From: Rhodospirillales bacterium
Lineage (GTDB): Bacteria; Pseudomonadota; Alphaproteobacteria; Rhodospirillales; CAMCUA01
Assembly (NCBI GenBank): GCA_965247705.1
Contig: CBDFHV010000059.1
Span: 3,879 to 67,878, forward strand
Length of the DNA stretch: 64,000 bases
Direction: 5' to 3'
Of this stretch, positions 37,983-47,303 are shown piece by piece (position 1 is the first letter of the stretch; each line of letters opens with the position of its first letter). The position numbers and the translations under genes are program-made. The notes under the pieces were generated by a model. The model worked only from the letters and a program-made list of their open reading frames with translations, ran no database searches and was not told the DNA's origin.

Positions 37983-38067
37983 TCCCGAGGCCGAGCCTAC
38001 ACGGACCATCGGGGCGCCGCGTTCCGGCGGCGCGCCGCATTGCACCGTTGCGAACGGAGTCCCTCCC

Positions 38068-39420
38068 ATGCCGCGTATCCCCGTGTTCTCGCCCGAGGAG
38101 GTGACGTCCTTCCGCGCCGCCCTCGACGAATATCGCGAGCCCGGCGCCTACGAGCCGGGCAAGTGGTCGGTGAGCCCGCTGAACCGCCGGGCCGACGTGG
38201 TCGGGACCCTGCCCCACAAGGTGATCCTGCGGGATATCGCGATCCGCACCACCGAACAGATGCCGGGGGTCATCCTGCCGCCGGAAGATCGTCGGCGCCT
38301 TATGCGGGCTGTGGTCGAAGCCGGCGTGCCCTCGGTGCAGACCGGCGCCTTTGGCCGCGACCGGGACCCCGAAGAGATTCGGGCCGACGTCACCCTGATC
38401 AAGGACATCAATGCCGATTGCGAGATCGTTTTCGGTGGCGTCACCGGCACCGGCGACATCGAGACCGCGGCCGCGTTGGGAATCGATAGCGTCCAGTTCT
38501 GGGCCGCGCCTTACGTGGAGGCGGCGGCGATCACAGCGGCGCACAGCATCTACCGCATGGCCTGGAAGGACGAGGCCTGGCAGAACCTGAGCCTGCCCGA
38601 CAGCGTCGAGGAGCAGCTCGACAAGGCGGCCGAACTGGTGGAATGCGGCAACCGTCTCGGCGTTCTGGTGTCGCCCGGGATCAACCAGGTCGCCTTCGCG
38701 CCCGAGGGTTATGTGGAGCGCTATTGCCGCGCCATGGAGTCGGCCGGCGCCCGGGAGATCGTCCTCTACGATGGGTCCAGCGGTATGGGGCCGGAGGCCT
38801 ATGGCCACATGGTGGCCCTGGCCAAGAAGCACGCGCCAGGCGCGCGCATCGGCGTTCACACCCACAACATGTTCGACCTGGCCGTGGCCTGCGCCACGAC
38901 TGCCGCCCGCGCCGGGGCGGAAGTGCTGGAAGTGTCGGTCAACGGCTATTGCTCGGCCTCGGGCCAGGCCGACCTTGCCGCCACCGCGCTGGCGCTTGAG
39001 GCGCTCTACGGCGTCAAGACGGGGATTGCGCTTGAAAAGCTGACGCCGCTCGCCCGCCTCGGCGAGGAGGTGACCGGCTACAAGGTCGCCTGGAACAATC
39101 CCGTCACCGGACCCGAGGTGCACAACTGGGGCGGCACGGAGTTCGTGATCCAGGAGCTGAAAATCGATCCGCTGATCCACTGGCCCATCGAGCCGACCAT
39201 GGTCGGCAACGAGCGCCGCTGGGACATCACCTTCGACAGCGGCCCCTATACCATGCTCGACAAGCTGCGGGCCCTGAACATCGAGGTGGCCATGGACCAG
39301 GTTGAGACGATCCTCGCCGCCGTGAAGGACGAGATGCGCCGGCGGCGGCGGGTGCTCGGGGACGACGAAGTCCGCGCGATTGCCACCGGCGCCCCAGCGC
39401 GGCAGGACGCCGACGACTAG
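38068..39420 (+). CDS. Divergent DRE-TIM metallolyase (LeuA/homocitrate synthase/HMG-CoA lyase-like)
   Basis: ILRDIAIRTTEQMPG aligns with DTTLRDGEQ; IVLYDGSSG, GVHTHNMFDLAVA, AARAGA, EVSVNG. Confidence 0.8.
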   Translation: MPRIPVFSPEEVTSFRAALDEYREPGAYEPGKWSVSPLNRRADVVGTLPHKVILRDIAIRTTEQMPGVILPPEDRRRLMRAVVEAGVPSVQTGAFGRDRDPEEIRADVTLIKDINADCEIVFGGVTGTGDIETAAALGIDSVQFWAAPYVEAAAITAAHSIYRMAWKDEAWQNLSLPDSVEEQLDKAAELVECGNRLGVLVSPGINQVAFAPEGYVERYCRAMESAGAREIVLYDGSSGMGPEAYGHMVALAKKHAPGARIGVHTHNMFDLAVACATTAARAGAEVLEVSVNGYCSASGQADLAATALALEALYGVKTGIALEKLTPLARLGEEVTGYKVAWNNPVTGPEVHNWGGTEFVIQELKIDPLIHWPIEPTMVGNERRWDITFDSGPYTMLDKLRALNIEVAMDQVETILAAVKDEMRRRRRVLGDDEVRAIATGAPARQDADD

Positions 39421-39477
39421 GGGGAATTCTGCCGACCGCCGGTTGAAACGCGGTATGCTCCCGCGGCTTGCGACGGT

Positions 39478-39550
39478 GGACGGGCGGGTCTGAGACCCGC
39501 CCCTACGCAACCAAGGACCAATCGCGTAGGGGCTGGTCTAAGACCGGCCC
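39478..39550. repeat. GTAG-type REP doublet (REPIN-like), copy 1
   Basis: gggcgggtctgagacccgccc-ctac followed by inverted gtag-gggctggtctaagaccggccc. The first 33 nt are identical to 53590-53622. Confidence 0.88.
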
Positions 39551-39634
39551 GCTTCGCAGGCCTTCGGCCGCCAGGAGACGACTAAGGGTCCGACCTCGAA
39601 TCCTCCGGGCTCATCTGAAGCGCAGGAGTCGGCG

Positions 39635-40096
39635 ATGCCACGATGGTCGGGATACCGCCGCGGCGAGGCGGCGATCGCCGCGGCACTCCTGGCGCTCGGC
39701 CTCTACGTGGTCTGGGCATCGAGCGAGATGCCGGCCGGTTCCATTTCCCTGCCCGGGCCCGGATTCTTTCCGACAGCGCTCGGCGTCCTCCTGGTCATTT
39801 CGGCGCTGGGTATCATGGCCGGCGCGGGCGGCGGCGATGGGGCTAGCCAGCCGGTGATTTGGGCGCGACGGGAGTTCGCCGTCACCATGGCCGCCCTGGT
39901 GCTGGCGGCGGTGGCGTTCCAGCCCCTCGGCGCCATTCCGACCCTGGCCCTGTTCCTGGCAATGATGATTCGCACCCTCGCCCGGGTCCCGTGGTGGCGG
40001 GCGGTCCTGGCTGGCGTCATTGGCGCGGGCGCGGGCCGCATCGTTTTCGTCGACCTGCTGGACGTGCGGCTGCCGGCCGGACTGATGGGGTTCTGA
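39635..40096 (+). CDS. tctB: Tripartite tricarboxylate transporter TctB
   Basis: Four TM segments, PGPGFFP, C-terminal FVDLLDVRLPAG. Confidence 0.9.
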   Translation: MPRWSGYRRGEAAIAAALLALGLYVVWASSEMPAGSISLPGPGFFPTALGVLLVISALGIMAGAGGGDGASQPVIWARREFAVTMAALVLAAVAFQPLGAIPTLALFLAMMIRTLARVPWWRAVLAGVIGAGAGRIVFVDLLDVRLPAGLMGF

Positions 40097-40097
40097 G

Positions 40098-41601
40098 GTG
40101 GAAACCCTCGACTATCTGGGGCAGGGGTTCGCCGTCGCCCTCACCTGGGAGAACCTGCTCTACTGCCTGATCGGCTGCGTATGGGGCACCATGGTCGGCG
40201 TGTTGCCGGGCCTGGGGCCGCTGGCCGGCATGACGTTGCTGTTGCCGATCACCTACGATCTGGAGCCGACCGGCGCCCTGATCATGTTGGCCGGGATCTT
40301 CTACGGGGCCATGTATGGGGGGTCCATTACCTCGATCCTGGTGCGCATCCCTGGAGAGGCCGCCTCGGTCATCACCTGCATCGACGGCTACGAGATGGCG
40401 CGGTCGGGGCGCCGGGCCGGCGCTGATGGTGTCGGCGGTGGGCAGCTTCATCGGCGGAACGCTGTCGGTGCTGGGGCTGGTGGCCTTTGCGCCCCCCCTG
40501 GCCGAAGCCATGCTGACGGTGGGGCCGGCCGCCGAGTTCATGCTCATGGCGCTGGCCCTGGTCATCGTCAGCTTCGTTTCCAGCGGCCGGCCGATCAAGA
40601 CCCTGGCCATGGTCCTCTTGGGCATGCTGATCGCGGTGATTGGCCTGGATCCCCTGACCGCATGGCCGCGGTTTACCTTCGGTCGAATCGAGCGTGCCGA
40701 CGGCATCGGCTTCGTGCCGCTGGCCATCGGCCTCTTCGGAGTGTCGGAGATCTTGCTCAGCTTCGAGAAAATGACCGACATGAAGCCGATCACGCCAAGC
40801 CTGCGGGCCTTGCTGCCACGGCGCTCGGACGTGCGAGAATCGGCGCCGGCGGTGGCGCGCGGCTCGCTGATCGGCTTCCTCTTCGGCGTCATTCCCGGGA
40901 TCAGTCACGTGATCTCCACCTTCGTATCCTATGCGGTGGAGAAGAGGTTCGCCGCGCGGCCGGAGGAATTCGGTCGCGGCGCCATCGCCGGCGTCGCCGG
41001 GCCGGAGACGGCGAACAACGCGACCACCGGATCGTCGCTGATCCCGCTGTTGGTCCTTGGAATTCCCGCCATCCCGGCGACCGCGATCTTGTTGTCGGCG
41101 ATGCTGATCCATGGGGTGCAGCCGGGCCCGCAGCTGATCACCGATCACCCCGATATCTTCTGGGGCCTGATCGCCAGCATGTATGTGGGCAACGTCATCC
41201 TGCTGCTTTTGAACCTGCCCCTTGTCGGGCTGTTCGTCAGCCTGCTGCGCATCCCCTATGCCTACCTGGCGCCGGCCATCCTGCTGATCTCGTTGATCGG
41301 GGTCTATTCGGTCAAATCGAGCATCCTCGACCTGTGGATCATGATCGGGTCGGGGTTGCTGGGCTATGGGCTGCGCAAGTTCGGCTATGACGTGGCGCCG
41401 CTCTTGCTGGCCCTGGTGCTCGGGCAGCGGGTCGAGCTCAATTTCCGCCGTTCCCTGGTCGTCTCCGACGGCGATTACGGGATCTTCATCGAGGGCGTGG
41501 CGGTGAAGGTCTTCGTCGCGGCGCTCGTCGTCGTCCTGGTGCTGCAGGCACTGGCCCGGGTGTTCGGCTACCGCCGCGGCGTCGTCGACGAGCCGGACTG
41601 A
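40098..41601 (+). pseudogene. tctA: Tripartite tricarboxylate transporter permease TctA, frameshifted near 40410 (or sequencing error)
   Basis: First frame gives GTMVGVLPGLG...YGAMYGGSITSILVRIPGEAASVITCIDGYEMARSGR. The continuation AGPALMVSAVGSFIGG...GPETANNA is in another frame; 2 nt are missing in gggcgc[gc]cgggccg. Confidence 0.88.
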
Positions 41602-41682
41602 GGATTCGGCTGGCTTGACTCGTCCGCGTGGCCGCGCGCTACACTGGCGGCACTAATTCACGCCTTGGGAGGACCCTCATCC

Positions 41683-43260
41683 ATGCGACATAATCTGATT
41701 ATCGCCAGCGCCCTGACCGCCGCCGTGTTCACCGGCGTGGCCGGGGCCGAAACCCTGACCCTGGGCATCGCCACCGAGCCCACGTCGGTCGATCCCCACT
41801 ATTACAACTTCCCCCAGAACCACGCGGTCGCCGACCACGTGTTCAACACCCTGATCATCAAGGACCACCGCCAGCAGCCGACGCCTGGCTTGGCACTGTC
41901 GTGGAAGCCCATCGATGACAAGGTGTGGGAGTTCAAGCTGCGCCAGGGGGTGAAATTCCACAACGGCCAGCCGTTCACCGCCGATGACGTGCTGTTCAGC
42001 CATGAACGCGCCATCGCCATGAAGACCGCTTCGCCGCCCGGCCGCTACCAGAAGAACAAGACCATCACCAAGGTCGACGACTACACCATCCACATCACCA
42101 CGGGCGAGCCCTACCCGTTGATGTGGAAGGAAATGCAGATGGTACACATCGTCTCGCGCACCGCTGCCAAGGGCAAGACGACCGAAGACATGCACAAGGG
42201 CGACGGGATGATCGGCACCGGCGCCTACAAGTTCGTCGAATGGGTGTCCGGAGATCGGGTCGTCATGGAGCCCAACCCCGATTTCTGGGGCGAAAAGGCC
42301 AAGTGGAGCAAGGTCGTCTTCAAGCCTATCAAGTCGGCCCCCTCGCGGGTGGCGGCGCTGTTGAATGGGGACGTGGATATCATCGACTATGTGCCCACCC
42401 CCGACGTCAAGTCTCTGAAGGCCAACCCCAAGGTGGCGATCACCGAAAGCCCCTCCAACCGGGTCATCTACTTCTGGACCGACATCGGCCGCCACATCTC
42501 GCCGTACGTGAAGGACAACGATGGCAATCCGCTGTTCCCCAACCCGTTCCAAAACTGGAAGGTACGCAAGGCCATTTCCAAGGCGATCAACCGCGACGCC
42601 ATCGTCGATCGGGTAATGGAAGGGGCGGCAATTCCCGCCGGACAGATGTCGCCCGACTTCATCTTCGGCAGCAACCCGGACCTGAAGCCCGACACCTACG
42701 ATCCGGAGCTGGCCAAGAAGCTGTTGGCCGAGGCCGGCTATCCCGACGGCTTCCGCCTCACCGCCCACGGCCCCAACGACCGCTACGTCAACGACGAGAA
42801 GCTGGTGCAGACGGTCGCTGCCATGTTGACCCGAGTCGGTATCAAGACCGAGGTGCAGACCTTTCCCCGGTCGGTCTATTTCTCCCGGTCCAGTCGCGGT
42901 GGCGAGTACGGACTGCCCGAGTTCAGTTTCTATCTCATGGGTTCGGGGTCCAATCTCGGCGACGGGCTTTCGCAGCTCCAGTTCAGTCACGGCACCAACG
43001 GCCTGAAAGCCAACTACGGGGTGGGTAACCGGGGTCGGTACAGCAATCCCATCGTCGACTACTTCTTACTGACCGCCTTCACCACCATCGACGACGCCAA
43101 GCGCGAAAAGCTGGTTCAGCAGGCGGTCGCGGTCGCCGTAAAGGAATATGCCTTCATCCCAACCCACTATCAGAAGAACATCTGGGCCCACCGGCCCGAC
43201 CTGACCTACGTCGGTCACACCAACGAAAAGACCAAGGCCATGCTGGTCGGCAAAAAGTGA
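41683..43260 (+). CDS. ABC transporter substrate-binding protein, family 5 (DppA/OppA-like), copy 1
   Basis: Signal peptide, EPTSVDPH, WEFKLRQGVKFHNG, FTADDV, IGTGAYKF, GPNDRYVND. Confidence 0.93.
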   Translation: MRHNLIIASALTAAVFTGVAGAETLTLGIATEPTSVDPHYYNFPQNHAVADHVFNTLIIKDHRQQPTPGLALSWKPIDDKVWEFKLRQGVKFHNGQPFTADDVLFSHERAIAMKTASPPGRYQKNKTITKVDDYTIHITTGEPYPLMWKEMQMVHIVSRTAAKGKTTEDMHKGDGMIGTGAYKFVEWVSGDRVVMEPNPDFWGEKAKWSKVVFKPIKSAPSRVAALLNGDVDIIDYVPTPDVKSLKANPKVAITESPSNRVIYFWTDIGRHISPYVKDNDGNPLFPNPFQNWKVRKAISKAINRDAIVDRVMEGAAIPAGQMSPDFIFGSNPDLKPDTYDPELAKKLLAEAGYPDGFRLTAHGPNDRYVNDEKLVQTVAAMLTRVGIKTEVQTFPRSVYFSRSSRGGEYGLPEFSFYLMGSGSNLGDGLSQLQFSHGTNGLKANYGVGNRGRYSNPIVDYFLLTAFTTIDDAKREKLVQQAVAVAVKEYAFIPTHYQKNIWAHRPDLTYVGHTNEKTKAMLVGKK

Positions 43261-43299
43261 TCGGCGTGCTCTTGACCAAGAAAACCGTGCTCTAGGCAT

Positions 43300-43330
43300 G
43301 CCGGCCCCGGTTTTCCGGGGCCGGCTGTTT
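43300..43330 (+). terminator. GC-rich hairpin between the two binding-protein genes (terminator or mRNA stabiliser)
   Basis: gccggccccgg-tttt-ccggggccggc followed by tgttt. Confidence 0.65.
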
Positions 43331-43377
43331 GCCCGATGATTTACACAGGCCCGCACAATTCAAGGAAGGACGACACG

Positions 43378-44946
43378 ATGCAAAGAACGATTGCAACAGC
43401 ACTGACCGCGTTCGCCGCGGTCGCTTTGATGGGGGCGGCCTCGGCCGACAACCTGACCATCGGCGTGCGGGTGGAGACCAGCTCCATCGACCCGCACTTC
43501 TTCAACAGCCCGCCCAACCTGCAAATCGGCAGTCATATCTTCAACAAGCTGGTCCGCCGGGACAAGGACGAGCAGCTGCAGCCCGACCTGGCGGTCTCGT
43601 GGAAACCCATCGACAAGACGGTCTGGGAGATCAAGCTGCGCCAGGGCGTGAAATGGCACGACGGATCGCCGTTCACCGCCGATGACGTTCTGTTCACGGT
43701 GGAACGCTCGCCCAACGTCCCGGGATCGTCGTCGACGCCGGGGCGGTTCTTCCTGGCCAAGGAATTCACCAAGGTCGACGACCACACCCTCCACATCAAG
43801 ACCGAGAAGCCCTACCCGACCATGGCCAACGACCTGTCGGTCGCCCACATCGTCTCCAAGAAACACGGCAAGGGCGCCACCACCGAGGACTACAATTCGG
43901 GCAAGGCGGCCATCGGCACCGGGCCTTACAAGTTCGTCGAATGGGTGCCCGGCGATCGGGTGGTCATGGAAGCCAATCCCGGCTACTGGGGCGGCAAACC
44001 CAAGTGGGACCGTGTGGTTTACAAGAAGATCGTTTCCGGCCCGTCGCGGGTAGCGGCGATGCTGAACGGCGACGTGGACCTGATCGACTTCGTGCCGCCG
44101 GAGGATCTGAAGAAGCTCGAACAGAACCCCAAGGTGGCGATCCACAAGGGGCCGTCGAACCGCATCATCCAGTTGGTTCCCGACGTGTGGCGCGACCTCA
44201 CGCCCATGGTCTTCGACAATGACGGTAATCAAATGTGGCCCAACCCGCTTCGCGACTGGCGGGTCCGCAAGGCCTTCTCCAAGGCGATCAACCGCCAGGC
44301 CATCGTCGACCGGGTGATGGAAGGGGCGGCGATTCCCGCCGGCCAGCCGGTCGCGCCGGGCATGCACGGCCACACGCCGGACCTCAAGGCGGAACCGTTC
44401 GACCCCGAAGGCGCCAAGAAGCTGCTGGCAACTGCGGGCTATGGTGACGGCTTCAGGGTCAAGCTTCATGGACCCAACGACCGCTACGTCAACGACGCCA
44501 AGATCGTCCAGACCCTGGCCCAGATGCTGACCCGGATCGGCATCGTTTCCGAGGTTGAGACCATGCCCAAGAGCGTCTACTTCACCCGGGTGAAGAACGG
44601 CCTCTACAGCCTGAGCCTGCTGGGCTATGGGTCCGACACCGGCGACGCCTCCTCGGCCCTGAACGGCCTGATCCACAGCCTGCAACCGTTGCGGGGTCTT
44701 GGTCGCATCAACCGGGGCGGCTACAGCAACCGTCGCGTCGACGACCTGGCCGACAAGGCCCTCTTCGAGCTTGACCAGGGCAAGCGTCTGGAACTGATCC
44801 AGGAAGCCTACCGGATCACCATGAAGGACGTGGGCTCGATCCCGCTTCACTGGCAGGTCAACGTCTGGGCGTCCAAGCCGGGACTGGTCTATGAGCCCCG
44901 GAAGGACGAGAACACCATGGCGATGTCCACGTCCAAGAGAAAATAG
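43378..44946 (+). CDS. ABC transporter substrate-binding protein, family 5 (DppA/OppA-like), copy 2
   Basis: Signal peptide, SSIDPH, WEIKLRQGVKWHDG, IGTGPYKF, GPNDRYVND. Clear paralog of copy 1. Confidence 0.93.
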   Translation: MQRTIATALTAFAAVALMGAASADNLTIGVRVETSSIDPHFFNSPPNLQIGSHIFNKLVRRDKDEQLQPDLAVSWKPIDKTVWEIKLRQGVKWHDGSPFTADDVLFTVERSPNVPGSSSTPGRFFLAKEFTKVDDHTLHIKTEKPYPTMANDLSVAHIVSKKHGKGATTEDYNSGKAAIGTGPYKFVEWVPGDRVVMEANPGYWGGKPKWDRVVYKKIVSGPSRVAAMLNGDVDLIDFVPPEDLKKLEQNPKVAIHKGPSNRIIQLVPDVWRDLTPMVFDNDGNQMWPNPLRDWRVRKAFSKAINRQAIVDRVMEGAAIPAGQPVAPGMHGHTPDLKAEPFDPEGAKKLLATAGYGDGFRVKLHGPNDRYVNDAKIVQTLAQMLTRIGIVSEVETMPKSVYFTRVKNGLYSLSLLGYGSDTGDASSALNGLIHSLQPLRGLGRINRGGYSNRRVDDLADKALFELDQGKRLELIQEAYRITMKDVGSIPLHWQVNVWASKPGLVYEPRKDENTMAMSTSKRK

Positions 44947-44965
44947 CGCGTATTGAACGTGTTGC

Positions 44966-45003
44966 GGCGGGCGAACCCATGCTGGGTCGCCCGCCATTTT
45001 CTT
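44966..45003 (+). terminator. Putative rho-independent terminator
   Basis: ggcgggcga...tcgcccgcc stem followed by attttctt. Confidence 0.65.
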
Positions 45004-45062
45004 GCCGGCCATGTGTCGTCGCCCCCGGGCGAGACGTGAATAGCGCCAGGAAGGTGTGACCG

Positions 45063-47093
45063 ATGAAACTGGATCCTATTCTCCTCGAGATCCTGGCCAA
45101 CAAGTTCGTCGCCGCCACCGAGGAAATGGCGTCCGCCCTGCAGCGGACGGCGCGCACGCTGTTCGTCAAGGAGGCGGCCGACTATGCCTGTGCGCTTTTG
45201 AACCTGGACGGCCGGGTGATCGCCCATCCGCGGGCCATGGGCGTGACCATCCTGATCAACCTGGACGCCAGCGCCGCCATCCGCGCGGTGCCCGACCTGG
45301 AGCCGGGGGACGTCATCCTCACCAACGATCCCTATGCCACCGAGGGCATGGTCAGCCACACCCCCGACCTGACCCTCATCCAGCCCTATTTTCATGACGG
45401 CAAGATTGTCTGCTACGGCTGGTGCTTCATCCATTCCACCGACGTTGGCGGCTCGGTGCCGTCGAGCATCGCGCCGTCGTTGAACGAGATCTATCAGGAA
45501 GGCATCCGCATCCCGCCGGTGAAACTGATGCGCCGGGGCGAGATGAACCAGGACGTGGTCGGCCTGCTCAAGGCCAACTGCCGCATCCCCGAGGAAAACA
45601 TGGGCGACGTCCGCGCCATGCTGGCCGGGCTCCATACGGGCCAGAAGCGGACGGGGGACATCATCGCCCGCCACGGCCTCGAGACCTACTTGGCCTCCCA
45701 CGGGGCGCTGCTGGATTACTCGGAGGCCAAGGCGCGGGCGGTGCTCAAGCGCCTCAAAGACGGCACTTACGAGTTCTGGGACTACATGGACGACGACCTG
45801 GTCAGCCCCATCCCGGTGCGCCTGCGCATCCGCATGACCGTCGCCGACGGCGCCGTCCACGTGGACCTGACGGGGACCGACCCGGAGGTCGACGCGGCCT
45901 ACAACACCGCCACCTTCAGCCGCTTCCACGAGTGGTTCACCATGCGGTTCACCTCCTTCATGTGCACCCATGACAAGACCATCGTGCTCAATTCGGGCAT
46001 GTACCGCCCGATCACCGTGATCAATCCGGTGGGCACCGTGCTCAACGCCCAGTTCCCGGCCGCGGTAGGCCTGCGCTCCAACCCGGCGCGGCGTTTCAAC
46101 GACGCCATGACCGGGGTCCTGCTCAAGGCGGCGCCGGACCAGATGGCGGCGCCGACGCCGGGCACCGGCCTGATCTTCGTGCTCAGCGAATACGACGAGA
46201 CGGGAACGCGGAAGCTGGTCAACGTGCTCGAGCCCCTGGGCGGCGGCATGGGCGCCTATGCGGGCCACGACGGGGTCGATACCCGCGACACCACCATGTC
46301 CAACATGGCCAACCACTCGCTTGAATCCATCGAGGCCCAGTGCGGGGTGCTGGTGCGGGAATACGACGTGCGCCCCGATTCCGCCGGCGCCGGTCAGTGG
46401 CGGGGCGGTGTCGGCCAGACTTTCGAGGTGGAGATCCTGCGCGACGGCGGGGTCATCGTGCCCCGGGGCATGGAGCGCATGCGCTTCCCCGCCTGGGGGG
46501 TCATGGGCGGCCGGCCGGCGAAACCCTTCCGCATGCACCTCAACCGGGGCACCAAGGACGAATGGTTCATCCCCAAGATCGATCAGTTCCCGGTCAACCG
46601 GGGCGACGTGGTAACGGTGCTGATGCCCGGCGCGTCGGGCTACGGCGACCCCCATCTGCGCGACCCCGGGGCCGTGTGTCGCGACGTGATCGAGGGCTTC
46701 GTCAGCCGCGAGGCGGCGCGCGAAGACTACGGCGTGGTCCTGACCGCCGACGACCATGTCGACAAGGCGGCGACCGAAGCGCTGCGCAGCACCCGCACCC
46801 CGGACAACGCCCGCGCCGCCTTCGACTTCGGCCCCGAGCGGGAGGCCTGGGAAGCGGTGTTCGACGACGCCACCATGTGCGCCCTGAACGCCAAGCTGAT
46901 GACCCTGCCCCGCGCCACCCGCTACGCCAAGCGCCGGTGGATCTTCGAACAAGCCGTCCCCGACATGCCCAAGGCCGGCGAAACCCCCCTGGTCGAGATC
47001 CTGGCCGACCCCGACGCCGCCCGAGCCCGCCTCCACACCGCCATGGACGCGGTGTTCGGCTACCTCCGGACGCGGGACCAGGCGGCCCAGTGA
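45063..47093 (+). CDS. Hydantoinase B/oxoprolinase family protein (stand-alone B subunit), paralog 4
   Basis: LDPILLEI, VKEAADY, SHTPD, HSTDVGG, DSAGAGQWRGG, same C-terminal extension as paralogs 1-3. Confidence 0.93.
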   Translation: MKLDPILLEILANKFVAATEEMASALQRTARTLFVKEAADYACALLNLDGRVIAHPRAMGVTILINLDASAAIRAVPDLEPGDVILTNDPYATEGMVSHTPDLTLIQPYFHDGKIVCYGWCFIHSTDVGGSVPSSIAPSLNEIYQEGIRIPPVKLMRRGEMNQDVVGLLKANCRIPEENMGDVRAMLAGLHTGQKRTGDIIARHGLETYLASHGALLDYSEAKARAVLKRLKDGTYEFWDYMDDDLVSPIPVRLRIRMTVADGAVHVDLTGTDPEVDAAYNTATFSRFHEWFTMRFTSFMCTHDKTIVLNSGMYRPITVINPVGTVLNAQFPAAVGLRSNPARRFNDAMTGVLLKAAPDQMAAPTPGTGLIFVLSEYDETGTRKLVNVLEPLGGGMGAYAGHDGVDTRDTTMSNMANHSLESIEAQCGVLVREYDVRPDSAGAGQWRGGVGQTFEVEILRDGGVIVPRGMERMRFPAWGVMGGRPAKPFRMHLNRGTKDEWFIPKIDQFPVNRGDVVTVLMPGASGYGDPHLRDPGAVCRDVIEGFVSREAAREDYGVVLTADDHVDKAATEALRSTRTPDNARAAFDFGPEREAWEAVFDDATMCALNAKLMTLPRATRYAKRRWIFEQAVPDMPKAGETPLVEILADPDAARARLHTAMDAVFGYLRTRDQAAQ

Positions 47094-47303
47094 GGGTCCT
47101 TTGTGCATCACCGCCGATGGTCCGGTTGCGAAGGCAGTGCGGTCGTATCCAACGACGGCTCCGGGTGGGAAAAAGTAGCCAAATGCGGTCATGGTCCCGT
47201 TGCCCAAAGGTGAAGTAACGTCTACGGCCTGAGTGTCGATCTTTCGTTGGTACGGACTCCCCTGATAGCCAAGACCGGGCGGAACGATACGGTGAGTGAG
47301 CCC

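Noticed and set aside
40390-40430. Programmed ribosomal frameshift in tctA
   Set aside because: No slippery heptamer is visible. A simple 2-nt deletion explains the shift.
28082-47093. Repeated C-terminal DNA among hyuB paralogs as a diversity-generating retroelement TR/VR pair
   Set aside because: There is no reverse transcriptase in the window, all copies are coding, and the differences are not adenine-specific. This is ordinary paralogy.
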